Assembly: GCF_964355755.1 (NCBI RefSeq)
Contig: NC_092670.1
Location: 34,398,388-34,462,387 of the forward strand
Direction: 5' to 3'
Origin: Antedon mediterranea
Taxonomy: Eukaryota > Animalia > Echinodermata
Length of the DNA: 64,000 bases
Below, piece after piece: positions 13,043 to 28,000 of this stretch (position 1 is the stretch's first letter; the number at the start of each line of letters is the position of its first letter). The position numbers and the translations under genes were made by a program. A model generated the notes under the pieces. The model was not told the origin of the DNA, made no database searches, and saw only the letters and a program-made list of their open reading frames with translations.

Positions 13043-16000
13043 ATGGAAGAAAACAAAGAAATAGCACCAGATGGAGAGGCAGACTCTGCTGCCATTGCAG
13101 AGGTTGTCATCAGCGAATCAAAAAATGTTGTTGTACAGCGCTTGAGTATTGGCACCCCTATTTGGAATCTAACCGGAAGTTCAAGTGAAAGCTTAATCGA
13201 GGTAGGGAATGAAAAAGCTGTTATCATCGATACATCTGGATGGCCTTGGGTTTGTGACCTTATGTCCTTATCTAAAACTGTTCAAAATCTTTCACTTTTT
13301 TCATTTTAAAGTTTAGTTTTTATAAACTGTCTTTTAACATTTCAAATTTGTACAGTATTCTTTTCGAAATCAAATTTTCGTTTTTCGTGAAGGTGAAAAT
13401 AAACGTTGAAACTTACCAACGTTTCGTGTGTTAGCATCGCACTTTTTCAAGGTAGTGGTAAGTTTCAACGTTTATTTTCACCTTCATGAAAAACAAAAAT
13501 TTGATTTCAAAAATATTTTGGGAAGGAAATGAATTTTTTCAATAGTATTCTTTTCTTTTTGCTAATTCATACTAAATAGTAGACGAGACTAAATAACAGA
13601 GTTAAGAAAATTGTTGTAAATTAATTGAATGGCCTACTCTGGTACAGGTTAGTTAGTACTTTTCGAGTCCATTGGATACTATGATTTTGGTGTTAGAACA
13701 AGTATAAGGACTTAAAATTAAAAACATCTGGCTTGTGTGTAAAGATCCTAGTGCATCTTTCGGAAGAGTAGGGAGTTTTCCGATGTACCGGTCCATTCCA
13801 GCCCCCTCTCATTGTCAACAGACAAATCAGCACTTGACACAACATTCTTCTATGAGTTGAATATTCCTTCTGATGTTTGTTACAAGTTTTAAAAATGGAT
13901 CATAACAAGATTAAAACAATTTATACTTTTCCTTACGTTTTATGTTTGTTTTTTGTTCTATTTATTGAATTTAATTATTTTAAAATAAATTTTCAGTATC
14001 ATGACATTTAAAGGTCACTTTTTTTATTACTAATTGTTTAGTTCAAATGTGTTTTTTTATTGCCATAAATAAGTAGTGGAAAAAATAATTGATTCATGCA
14101 ATCGGATTTCAACACCAGATTCCCATGAAACAGGAATTTGATTTAATCATTTGTAATGTAAGACAAATTTATTTCATATTCTCACTCTTAATAAGTGTAC
14201 AGTAATTTCTCAACCAAAAAAAAACAAAAACAAATAATTTTTTTTTTGATGAAATAGTTTAATGGCATGTAAATTATTAAATGAATTTTGAAAAACAAAT
14301 TTTAGATTAGAATAGTTACAGTAACTTCTATTTATCTTTTTTCTTATACCGGTATTAATTGAATAGCTAATATTTTTAATTTATTCTTTGTGTTTATAAT
14401 TCTTTTTAAACCTGTTTATTATTTGCAAATTCTTTTTTGTTGTTTGTGTTTTTTTAATTAAAATAAAGTACAGTAACTTTTTTTGTGATATTTTTAGGAA
14501 GGAGTTGCTAATATGAGTGCTCTCGGTAGCCAAACTCTTTTATCAGACGCTCAGCTAGAAGCTATCGGTAAAGCTATGTCATCTGATGAAATGGACCAAG
14601 TGTTGATTGTGCAAGCACCCTACCAATCACAATCAATTACATCAGAAGGAGAAGAGTTCTGCCTTGGTGATGATCTCTACATTGATGGAAAACCCATGAC
14701 TTTGGAAACGGATCCTTTCATAAACACATCAGCTACAGTTGAAGTCAGCTCTACAGATGAGTCTGCTAACCTTTCAAATGCTCTTAGTGGTGAGAGCAGG
14801 ATACCTCATTCAGCAAGCAGCCAGCTTGTACCAACCAGTGATGATGCTGATGTGTCGAACAATGAAAGCAAGGACCCTAAGCAGCTTGGAAGAAAACACA
14901 TGGCAAGACGCTCATCTCGTTTAGCAAGGAACCTTAGCCTAAAGTCAGAAGATTCCACTGAATCAGAGAAAGATGAAAGATCTTCTAAAGAAAAAAAAGA
15001 TGTAAAGAAGGATGTTGTTAATAAAAAGCATAAAGAAAAACATGATGCTGCTGAAATACAAAAGATGTTTAAGAGTATTTACAATGAGAAAGCTGCAGGT
15101 ATTAAGAAAGAGGAATCTGATCCAGAAGAAGGAGTGAAGAAGCATAAGTTGAAGAAGGAAGAGCAGGATGAGATCAGACGACAGATTCTGCAACATGGTT
15201 TACGAAAAGTCAGAGAATCAACCAAAACTAACTCTCCATTACCAAATCTAAAAGAAAAAGCTTTAGTTAACAAACCAAAGCCTGAAAAAGCACAGAAGTC
15301 ATATAAAAGAGAGTCTTCAGAAGAGGTTGTGCAGCAGTACATCGTCACTGTAAGGAAAGATGCTAAAGGCCAGACCAAAAAGGTCAAGGTTGATGTTGAA
15401 AAATTTTATGCAGCTCAGTTATTAGATTCCAAAGTACAGGCATCTAAGAAATTAAAATCTGAGCACATAGAGGAAGGTACTCAGAAACTTGGCAAAGAGA
15501 AGTTAATGGCAGATATAAAGAAAGAAAAACAAAGAGAACGCTTAGACCGGGTTAAACAATGGAAACAGAGTATTAACAATAATGAACAAAAGGTGGACTT
15601 AACCAGCTTAAAAGACAAACAGAAATCTGAAGGAGAATTGAAAGAGCTGTCTGAAAAGATGGAAATTGGGGAACAAAGAGAAAAAAGAGTTCGTAAAGAG
15701 AGAAAATTTTCCACTAATAGCGAAGGTTTGTTTGTTTCAATAACACTTTGATTAACATTTACGTTTAAGATGATCATGGTTTTTCTTTTACAAAATAACA
15801 AATCTTCATTTGATCGCAAATTTTAGAATTTAGTGACCAATCGGACGATCTAATAGAGGATGAAGATGATAACATCAGCTGGACAAGCAGTGATGACCCG
15901 GACCGCCTCTGGTGTATCTGTCAGAAACCCCATGGCAACAGGTTTGTATTAAAGTTGATTGGGTTTCTCTATATTTTCTTTTCTGGTATCTGAAAGGTTA

Positions 16001-19000
16001 CTTCTAGGGAACTACACTTTATAGTCAGTGTGCAGATTTAGTATGGTCTCTTCAAAGACATTTCTACAAGACTCCTCTAAATTCAATAATACTTAATGAT
16101 GTTATACTAACTGCCAGTGACTGATATGACTGAACAGCTTTGTGTGAACAATTGGACAAATCTTTCTTTTTCGAGAAGATTGCAGTTTTGGCATTTTTAA
16201 AAAACCTTGTCAAATTACTCAACATTGAAAAAAATCGTTAATTGGTCAATTCAATGGAGATGGTATCAGTAGTGTGTACAGTAGTTTGTTTCTTTCATTA
16301 AAAATGTTATTTATAAAAGCTCTGTCAAAATGTATGTCAGATATATGTATTGCAGATGTAGAACAGCATAATCTTTCCTCAGATGTCTTGTATCTTTCTA
16401 TAAGGAACACTTTCTATGTTTAAAGATAGCACAACAACTATGCAGCTCTGACAAAAAAAAAGAAAAAGTGCAATTTAATACATGATCAAAATATTTGTAC
16501 AACTTTCATATCAAAGTAGTTTGGTGGAGTTTGAGTTGCACTAACCAAACATCGCGGTAAATGATGTACGACTGAAGACTTCTGCATTTCGATTTTTTTT
16601 AAACGGTCTTGCCTATTTTATTGTTTTTATGGTACTTTTTTTTAAAGTCCATAATATAGTGCAATTAACGGCAATAAACATCGTCTACCTTCTACTTTGG
16701 ACAAATAGTATTTAAACGGAATTTAAAGTAGGGGCCTACAATTAATATACAGTACTTGCTTTTTTTAAACCTGGACATTTATCATCTACTTCGATGATCT
16801 TTCTATTGATGATTTGTTTATGATGATTGGTAAATCGCAAACGGAAATAGTAGGCTACTACAAAAGTGAAAAGGTAATTAAAAAGTTAGGCTACTGTCAA
16901 TCAAGATACCTAACAATGGCAAGTTCCCTCATAACTATTCTGGTCTGGTAGAATAGTATTTATAAATGATTTTTTTTCATCGAGATTAATCGAAAACAAG
17001 TATTCAAAACGTACTCTGACATTATATTATAGAAGGGCAGCTGAGGGTTGCTTCCTACCAATAGTAATTTGTTTTTAAACTTTTATAGCCTCATGCCTCA
17101 TACTGAGTGGATTAACTTTTAGGTGGAGTTGTTGTCATTAGAGAGGTTTCGCAATCTTACGAATACGAAAACGGATACGTCACGCACACGTATTCGTTTT
17201 CGTAAGCCAATAGGGAGGTTTCGCAACCTTACGAAAACGGATAAAGTAATTTACTAAAATGCCAGGTCAATTTTGATAAATAGCAGTTTTTAAAGTCCTC
17301 ACTCGCTTTATGTTACGCTAGGCCTAGGCAGCCAAGCACCAAGCAACACGTACCTGCGCTTCACTCAAATTTACCGCATAACGTTTAACGTCATATTTAG
17401 GACGCGCCTCAATATTTCGTTGCCATGCGATTGCGAAACAGATTTTTACTGGATTGCGAAAAACGAATACGTGTGCGCGACGTATCCGTTTTCGTTATCG
17501 TATTCGTAAGATTGCGAAACTTCTCTATAAAAAAATCTGTCATGACAACGAAATGTCGAGGCGCGTCTAAAATATGACTGCGGTAAATTTGAGCGAAGCG
17601 CAGGTACGTGTTGCTTGGTGCTTGGCCAGCTGCCTAGGCCTAGCGTAACATAAAAGCGAGTGAGGACTTTAATAACTGCTATTTATCTAAATTGACCTGG
17701 CATTTTAGTAAATTACTTTAGTATTACTTTCAATAAATCTATAATTATATTATAATCATGAATCATTCCTAATTCAAATGCAAAATAGATCAAAAACTAT
17801 ACTCGTTTTGTAGTTACGAATATGACTGGTGATATTCGTCAACACGAATACGCTTTACGAATATGAAATGGGGATCAGCTCAAAAGTTTCGCAAATGTGT
17901 GACGTATCCGTTTTCGTTATCGTATTCGTATGGTTGCGAAACCTCCATAATAATGCATGACTACGCATGGAATAGCTAATAATTAATTTTCTAAACTAAT
18001 AAAATTGATCACGTCTTTTTATGGGCCTACATCGCCATAAGGACATGCCACGTGGTGGTACAGTACCTGGCCTACAGTACTTACTGGTAGGCCTACGGAC
18101 TATATAGTCTCTGTCTATAAATTATTAATTAAATCAATGTATAAGGAATACATGCGTTTCTATTAGTTTGTAAGCAAAAGATTGAGTTATTGGTACAATT
18201 CTAATATCGGTTTTTTTTTAAAAAGTGATACAATCTGTAGGCCTAATTTGCATGTGGTTGACTATATAGAGGGCGGGCTGTAAGTAAATAAAATAAATCC
18301 CCAGCACAGTAAGTTCGTGAGAGCTGAGCACGTACCAGAACAATAACAATCTGTGCAAAGATTGCTGCTAGAAAATCAAACTTTCCGATTAATAATGGTA
18401 AGAATATTGTCTTGGTTTAGCATTTAGTTTAGGTAGTCATACATTTCAACTTTCACGTGATTCTATCATAGTAGGAGCTATATAGTGCACTTCTTGCTTC
18501 ACAGATAGGATTATGCCTAACCATACCATGCTCGGAGGGTCACACAGTCAACAATGAATGGGGCTTATAATTGCCGATTTATTCTGTTGTTTATGCTGTA
18601 TATGTATACAAATTGTTTAATAGACTAGAGTAATTCATCTCAATTTAAATATTACAATATACGAAATCAAAATAGACCAGTTTACTCTGAATTACAATAA
18701 AATTTAAAATACTTGCCTCTTTCATAAAAATACTATTGTACTAGTTGTGGTGTTGAAAAACGTGTGCGAGTTACAGGTTCATGTCCTATTGAAAGTCTAC
18801 ATGATATAGATTTCGTATTGAAAGTTAGTGGTTCAGATTTACGACTACTCTAAATTGGGCGTGTCAGTACAAAATGCCCTTATATATATATGCCCAATAG
18901 GCCTATGTCTATATTATTGTACGTCAATGATATATGCCTAGATTAGTATGATGCACATTTATTAGATATGTTATATATTTTATTTGTTTTCTCCAACAAA

Positions 19001-22000
19001 TTGGAGAAGGGGTGGCTATTACCATATAGTAGTAGGAGGTGCGGGTGGCGGCATATATAAAACAGTAATTTCATGCACACAGAATTGTTTTTGGATGCTG
19101 CTAGCTGTCTTATAATTAGACTGAAAATATTAAAGGTTGTGTCATCGTCCACCCTCGCCACAATTACATTCATGTTATCGTGTTGAATTGTGAATGATGT
19201 CAGTCGAAATATGCATGAATTGCGGTGGCATTCTGTGGTATTTGCTCTTTTTACTTACAGTATTTTGATTTTTTCAGGTTTATGATAAGCTGTGATACAT
19301 GTAGCGATTGGTTTCATGGGACCTGTGTAGGCGTTACGAAAAAGGAAAGTGAATCGCTTGAGACCTGGTTTTGTCCTCCTTGTTCAGGTAACAATATTAG
19401 AACACGCAATCACTGCTTACAATTGAACTTACCTATTTTAAAATCTTATCTTTAAAATGCTGTTGTGGTAAAGCTAAAATGTACCGTGCCCAAGTATTGT
19501 AGTGATATGCTTAAATATCATAGTGGTATGCTTAAATATGGTAGTGATATGCTTTTTTTTAACCATATTTTAATGAGCGTTATCCATCCAGAAATTGCTG
19601 ATCATTAGGGACCCTCAGAGGTTCACAAGACAAACATATACACAAGATGCTCTACATAAACAAAGTCTTATTACATTACAAGTCTTTGGGAGTGGAGTTG
19701 TAATTTTGTAAATCCTGGCATGTGACGGGACTTGAACCAAGGACCCTTGGAGTGGTAGCCAAGCATCATAACCACCAAGCCACAACTCCACTCCATGCTT
19801 AAATATGGTAGTGATATGACATCATCATGTTCATTTATGAGCACATCATATTTTGTTGTCACATAAAGTTTGATAGTGTAGACATAGCTTAAGTGAAGGC
19901 AGGGTTCTGAGGTTTGCCTGTGCCATTCCTTGTGAGTGGATTTATTTTGTCCACACCTAAACCCCCTAAATAATCTATTCAACACAACAGAATTGTTTTA
20001 CGAGTTGTAGACAATGGATAACAGTTGAGGACAAAATTTACTACAGGTATTTGCCAAAGAATAAGTGTATACTTGTTATGCTGCCGTGGACCACGCCTAC
20101 CAAAATCTTACTGTTTTTCTAGACTAACTGTAATATGTGTTATGATTAAGATTCGATTATGATTTTGTTTTATTCAGAAAACGAGAAGAACGGAGTTAGT
20201 AAGAGTCAAAGTGAAAAGGAGGAAAAGGTCGCAAACAGTAGGGTTGTTGCACGGGAGAAAATGGCAGAGTTTATAAAGGTTAGTTAGTTACAGGTGCAGC
20301 TCATTGAAAAATTACTATAATCGGATAATTTCAAATCATTTGGAATATTCATTTCGACATCGTCATAGTTTGAATGTATTTTATTTTTATTTTTGTACTA
20401 AGATAATACAGATAAATACACCATTTTCTAGTTCAGAATATTTACCATACTTTCACTGCTGATCTGTAGTATGATACGGACAAAAAAGGGATGGGGTTCG
20501 TTTGTTCGTTCCTGGCTATGGGCTCGTATTGAAGATGAGGGCCTCGGTACACTGTGTGTAAAAACCGTTTTCTGGAGAAATAAAGACAAAATATTTAGAA
20601 TTCTATAAGTCTGTATTTCATTACTAGCATATATACGCCACTTTTAAACAAAATTGTATGGAATTTTTTTTTCCTCTTTGGTGAGTTTGTACATTTATTC
20701 TTTTCATAAAATACATAAAGTTCTTAGTACACAATTTGTGACCTGACCTGACCATTGCCTTTACCTGTTCCGATCTCTCCCGATAAAATGTAAGGTCATT
20801 TTGGTTTTACAGGGAATGAGAAAGAGAAAGGACAGCAAGTCGGAAGCTCCGACAAGCCCAACTAAGAAGACTTACACTACAGTCAAAGTAAAACCTACTG
20901 ACAAAAAGTGTTGCCAAAGTTTTCTGTTAATTAACATTAATCACCAAAATAATCCTATTTAATGCACATTTTTCCTTTTAATATCGAATGCATAATTGTT
21001 TTTAAAAAATGTCACAATTCAACTGAATCTGGAATCGATTTCTTTGTTACCTTCTCTTAAAATGTATCGTGAAAATTAAACCGATCTCAGTTTTATTGGG
21101 TTGCCAATGGTACTTGGTTGGTTGTTGTATAAAACACCAACATTGGAAAATTGCGTAAAGAAAATTATGATTCATTTGTTAAGTATTTTACTACCATAAG
21201 AGTATTTTGGCAGCATGTGATGAATGATTGTTTGTATTCTAGCATGGGTTGTTGTTTAATGCATATTATGGCATGTAACACGTGTACCATATGGTAAACT
21301 ATTTGTATTGTAGCTGTATTCCATTCAATAACACAATTATCATTTTGAAATGTTCCAACTCTATCTTGACCCACCTCCGCTCTACTCTGTCTTACTTCCT
21401 CCCTAGTCTGTGTGTCCTACTTCCACTTTACCCTGTCCTACTTCCACCTTGCTCTGTCCTACTTCCATTTTACTCTGCCCTACTTCCACCTCACTCTATC
21501 CTACTTCCACATTCCTCGGTCCTACTTCCACCTTACTCTGTCCTACTTCCACCTTGCTCTGTCCTACTTTCACCTTAATCTGTCCTACTTCTACCTTAAT
21601 CTGTCCTACTTCTACCTTAATCTGTCTTACTTCCACTTTACTCTGTCCTACTTCCACCTTGCTCAAACCTACTTCCACCTTGCTCTGTCCTACTTCCACC
21701 TTACTCTGTCCTACTTCCACCTTAATCTGTCCTACTTTCACCTTAATCTGCCCTACTTCCACCTTAATCTGTCCTACTTCCAGCTTACACTTGTCCTACG
21801 TCCACCCAACTCTGTCCTTCTTACACCTTGCTCTGTCCTACTTTCACCTTAATCTATCCTACTTCCACCTTACTCTGTCCTACTTCCACCTTACTCTGTC
21901 CTACTTCCACCCTACTCTGTCCTACGTCCATCTTAATCTGTCCTACTTCCAGCTTACTCTGTCCTTCATCCACTTTACTCTGCCCTACTTCCTCCACAAT

Positions 22001-25000
22001 CTGCCCTACGCCCACTTTACTCAGATATCCTTCCACCCTCTGTCCTATGTTCAGCTTAATCTGTCCTACTTTCCAACCTACTCTGCCCTATTTCCACCCT
22101 CCTAACTGTCCTACTTTCTCCCTAGTCTGTCCTACTTCCACCCTTCTCTGTCTGTCCTACTTCCACCCTACTCTGTCCTATTTCCACCTACCACTGGCCT
22201 ACCAGCTGCACCCTCATCTTTATTGAACCAGCTTTAAACCTACATCCCGTAATTGTCCAAACAAATAATGATGTTTGCATTCCGTAATTCATCACATTGT
22301 ATGATTATTTACTTTTTATTAAACATCTATATTATTAATGCATTTATTAGTTATTTTAGTTTTCCATAAATTGTATCATTTTTATATTATTGGAGTGGAT
22401 TTTGTCTTTCTGTCATACTATCCTTATTCTTCACTTTTTATTAAAGTATGTAATATTCAGGTGTTTATGCAAATAAGTTTGCATATATTCAAATTATAAA
22501 TGTATGTATATCTCACAAAGTAGTGTTTGTATCCCGTATGCAAATTACTAAGTACACATATAATCATTTCTTATGGAATCTATTGCTTAAATTCGGCAGG
22601 TGCTCAAATATAGTATGTAGATATTGTATGCAAATTAATAACAGTCAAATGTAGCATGCAAATTGGTATTGCTCGTCTGTATGCATAGTAACTGTTGTAA
22701 ATATTGGAATAAATAGTAATGTAGATATTATTTTTGCTCATATATTTTTGGATACTTTTCTACTAGTGTAGTTTAATATTCAGTTAAAATATTAATGTCA
22801 TTGCATAAACCACGTCAATTTTTAATAATTCTTAATCTTTTTAATTTTCATATTGTTAGCTACCACCACCACCCAAACAAGCCTGCGTAAACTCAACGTG
22901 TGACAGAACAGCAAAACCTGGTACAGTTTACTGCAGTAACGAATGCATCGTTGAACACGCAAAAGAATCTATGCGTCTAATACGCCATGAACGTAATCGT
23001 GCAGGGTTAAAGGTCAAATCAGAATCTCCAGGTTCTTCAAAATCATCAGTGAGTTTATTTTCTAAATGATAATTATGTTTACAGACCTGTTGTATATAAT
23101 GCACTGGTATTTTAAAGTTAAAAATCACTACTAATTCTGTTGATTGTTTTTTTTATTTTTTTATTCGACTTCTCACTAACTCAGTTAGTGAAGGATCTGG
23201 ACCAACAGGTGGTAAACACCTCTAAAACGGTCCAGTCCCAATTTGCACAGTGGCTGTGTGTGACAGTGGCTGTGTTTGTGTGGACTAGTACACCGGGGCA
23301 ACCCCCTACTCGTCTCGAAAGATGTACTAGGTTCTTTAAAGTGCGCATGAGCTATGTGTACACTGGACCTACGGTTTATAGTCCTTATCCGAGAAGACTC
23401 GTTTACCACCAGAACCATGGAGCGAGTGAGCCACGAACCCTTGCCGATGTTATGGCTACGTAATTATGGTTCCACTGTCTTGATGATATATGTATACTGA
23501 TTTGTGTTTGTGAAATTGGTCTATTTTACATACTGGATTGATGTTAAGTTGGGATATAAGACAATACATTTTGGCTAAGAAATGGTTTCACCCAGACGTA
23601 GGGAGGTAAATTAGTAAATATATAATTGAGTCCAAGGTTTATTTGTTAAGCTCTGTCTACACTATCACTTTATGTGACAAATAAATGATGTGCCGATATA
23701 TGGACATTATGATTTCATATCACTACCATGGGCACATCACACTATTTTTCATTATGTGTCAATTGTTTTGTGTACATTTCAGCACGACTCGGAAGATTCT
23801 AGCTCTAAGGATCGCATTCCAGTTATTGAAAAGCACACTGGTAGAATAAGGAAGGGTGAGACTGCACCAAATAACAACAACCTGTTGGAATGGCTCACCA
23901 AACATCCAACATATGAGGTGATCAAACCAAAGGTCAGAAGTCATTCATCAGGCTCATTTTACAAGAAGTCCCTTGAAGGTAAGGAGTGATTACAACACTA
24001 CTTATGTCACACGCATTAATAATTAGAATAATAACAATAGTAGTCTATAGCGATAAGATTTTCTAATATAACCAAAAAAAAAAGAGGAATGGCAGAAGAA
24101 CCATTTACACCGCTCCATTCTCCAGCACTTTGAAGCTCCCATATGAGAACTCGCCTCAACAGTATTCACAGGAGCTCGAGTGAAAAAGGCATCTGTCTAT
24201 CCTATCCTACCAGAGTCATGGCATGAAATACTGCAACCCACTGAGGTCTAACCCAATCATCTTCATTTTTTCCTGGTTGACTAGTTTAAATGTAATTGGA
24301 TAACCTATTCAAATTACCAGAAGATTCTGTTTGACTAGAATAGTTTAAACTCAATTACATGGTGATATTACAGTACAAGAATTTCATTGATAGTAATTTT
24401 GTAAATGTAAATTTTTGATGTGTGATTTCGACTAAATTGAGCTCAGAGTATGCTATCTTCCAAAATCATTCTGTTAACCATAGTGCTTTTCTTTCTACAG
24501 AAATGACTAAAGAGACAGCTAAGATAGTCCCTAAAGAGGCACCAAAACCAACACCAAAACCAACACCAAAACCAACCCCAAAAGATCAGAAGCAGCCGGT
24601 CAAGAAGGGACCACCAAAACCGAGTGAAGATGAACTAAGACTAAGTGTCCGCAAAGCTTTACTCGATGCATTTCTTACAAGGTAATTTTCTCTCTTCTAA
24701 TTCTGTTATTCTTTTTTTTTCTCTCTTTCAATTCTCTAATTTGTTCTTTCTTTCAATTCTCTAATTTTCTCTAATTTGTTCTCTCTTTTAATTCTCTAAT
24801 TTGTTCTTTCAACGTTATTCAAACCGTTAAATTATTTGGATGTATACAGATCCAATTGGGAGGGGATCTTTTAATGATTGGTCATAGGGTCACAAAATAG
24901 AAAGCTACCTATTATTTACTGTCAATATGATTCACATTCACAAACCTCTCAAAACTCCCAGAAAATTCCCAAACCAGATTATTTCTTTTTCTTAACACTT

Positions 25001-28000
25001 TCACCGCCAAAGACGGAAATCTCCGTCTTCCGATGCCCAGCGCCAGACCGCCAAAGACGGAAATTTCCGTCTTTGGCTTTTTATTGCAGAATTTGTTAGA
25101 TCAGGTATATATGGACCGCATGTAGAAATTTCAACATCCAAATCGATCTGGACCGCAAATATTTTGATACTTTATTAACCCCGTCTTTGGCTTTTTATTG
25201 CAGAATTTGTTAGATCAGGTATATATGGACCGCATGTAGAAATTTCAACATCCAAATCGATCTGGACCGCAAATATTTTGATACTTTATTAACCCCTAGT
25301 GCCATTGACCCAGCTGGTCTACATCGTGTCCTATCTGTAAACAACATAAAGTGCTTACTGCGGACGAAGCAATTGCAGAAATATTTGCCAACTCTGACTC
25401 TGAAAATGAGTATTTATTATCCCCAGATGATGAAGGTATATTTGTACCTAAATCTGGTTTATAAAATGTAATAAATAATTGGAGATAATTTAGCTAGCCT
25501 GGCCTAGGCTAGTTTGTAGAATAGGTTGAGAATCGTGACACTGACAGACGGTGCAGCCAGGCTAAAAACCTCATTATCTCTGCTTTGTTCTCCGATTGAG
25601 CCTAAAGTACATTGAGTAATGTGGTATTACAGTTTTATTTCAATAAAGTGTTTGGTACCATTGGAAAGTTTATTTCTATCTCATTATTTGAGTGTATATT
25701 GCATGTTATTCTGATTACAAACACCTTTGCTATGAGCTTTGAAAAACAGGTAAATTTATCTAAAATGGCTGGCGGTGAGGGGTACTTCCTTTATTGAATG
25801 CCTGGCGGTGAAAGTGTTAATAATGTCAATTGAGATTAATTTTAAATTGTTAAGAAATGTACCAAATAAATAATATAATATTTAATGATCCATTTGCCTA
25901 TCTTCCAAATTTAACTTAATGTTTTTTGGGGGTTTTTTTTCAGGTTGGCTGAAGCTAAAGATCTTCCATATGATAAATCATATGTGAAGAAAACGTGTGT
26001 AAAGATTGAGGAAAACTTATTCAAAGTACACAGAGATGTAAGCACAAAGTATAAAACCAAATACCGCACATTGGTGTTCAACATCAAAGACTCCAAAAAC
26101 CAGGTATGTTCTAACCCTTATTTGAACTGAAAAGACAACTACTTTTTCCTTTATAGTTCAATAATTCATTGGTACAATTACTTATGTTGTTATATAAATT
26201 TTGCGGTACACCACATATATTTAGTTCTGCAAAGAACTGTTGAGGTTCTTGACGTTTCGATCAATATGCTTTGAAGAGTGAGAATTTAGAAAGTCCAGCC
26301 AACTGGGAATATAATTTATATTGTTTGAAGGTTTTGCATGGCGAAATCAAATGTTGATATAAAGTTTGTGGTTTTGAAAAGTTTCTCTCTTGGTGTATCC
26401 AAATTTTTTATCAATAATTAAAATTGTTGAAATTGGGAGTGTGAAAGCTAAAACAATAGCAAGGTTCACAGTGGGAGGGATTGAAACTAGCTATAGAAGA
26501 GCATTGTTTCTCATGAACAATGGTGAATGGAAACTAGCATAGAATAGCATTGTTTCTGGGAGGTGTGAACAGCCAAGTGAGACAAGCTAAATAGCCTACT
26601 GTAGGTATAGTTTATTTAAACCTTGGTGTCTTTTTTTCTGTAGGGACTGTTTCGTAGGATTCTCAACAAAGACTTGACCGCTAAGAAGCTAGTGACAATG
26701 ACGTCAGAAGAGTTAGCCTCGAAAGAATTGTTGGAATGGAGGGAACGAGAAAGTAAACATGTAAGCAATGTATTGAGGGTAATTTCTGGATTGTGGATGA
26801 ATAAATTTGACCTTTCACCTTTACCAAATGAATTGTTCTTTTTCTTCCTCAGACATTGGATATGATAAAGCAAGAAGAAGAATCAAGAAAGTCTGCTCCA
26901 CAGTTGACCAAGAAAACACACAAAGGAGAGGTAGAGATAGAGGATGAGAATTACACTGCACTGGAGGTGAGTTTAATGACCTTAGAGACCAATTTTTAGG
27001 TTGAAAAGGATCATCGCAATTTTTTTCTAATACATTCTGTATATAGCAGTACATTTACTCATGTCATGTACAGTAAACTAATATGAATCCTCTTGTTTTT
27101 CCATCCTAAATGTAAATTATCAAACTTCATGTGACAACAAAAATGTGATGTGCCCATATATGGATATATTTGGGCACATCACACTTCTTTTGTCAAACTA
27201 GTTGATAGTATAGACAGAGCTTTACATAACCTTTACCTAATTGTCACTTTTATTTTTATATCTTACTGTCTATCTGTCTTATTGTAACAAATGTGAATTA
27301 CAAATTAAATGGGTTTGCTTTTCTAAATTTTTTCTCTGTATAACAATACTCAGTAAGCATGTGTTGTTATACTGACAAAAAATATGTAACATGTTAATTT
27401 TTTTTTAAGTCAACAATTGAAAAATCATCACCAAAAACCAAAAAAGAAACCATCGTTAAAGAAACAGAGACGTTTGACCCCCTATCTACTTTACTCGACG
27501 ACACAACATCGCAGCACAGGGCCCATCTGTTTGATTCTAACTGTAAGATATGTACCGGTAAAATGGCGCCCCCTAAAGAAGAAGTGTCGCCTGTGAAAAA
27601 GACTAAAGTTGTACATCGAAAGAGCTCCGAGGACAGGCAGCATACGGTGCAGAGTGATAGTTCATACGATGAAGAAATTCTGGAGAAACTGGCTGAAAGA
27701 ACGAACAAGTCAAAAGAGAAAGAAAAAGAAGAGATGATGGAAGATGAGGAATATGATCCGACAGAAACAAGGTATATGCAATAAATGGCTCTGAAACCAG
27801 CCGATGGATTAAAATCACACTTTGTTCATTTTGTTTCCATTCTTAAGGCCCTTTTTTTGTTCACCATAACTACCCCTGTGAGATGTTATTTATTTCATAT
27901 TCATTAATCAAATTAATCAAATTAAACCTTCAGTGAGTCTATTGAATCAATGTCCAGTTGCTCTACTAAAAAATTGTTTTGGTTCCAATTGTTTAATTTA

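Noticed and set aside
14739-15819. Overlapping and antisense ORFs in the large DIDO1 exons (also 27394-27818, 30616-31484)
   Set aside because: Shadow frames of real coding exons.
21282-22226. Long periodic ORFs (CPTSTLL, SYFHLTL, VEVGQSK)
   Set aside because: By-products of a 21-bp minisatellite inside a DIDO1 intron; the flanking exons join in phase without them.
23979-23989. Intron read-through stop giving a short DIDO1-like isoform
   Set aside because: An early in-frame stop is expected in AT-rich introns; no transcript evidence.
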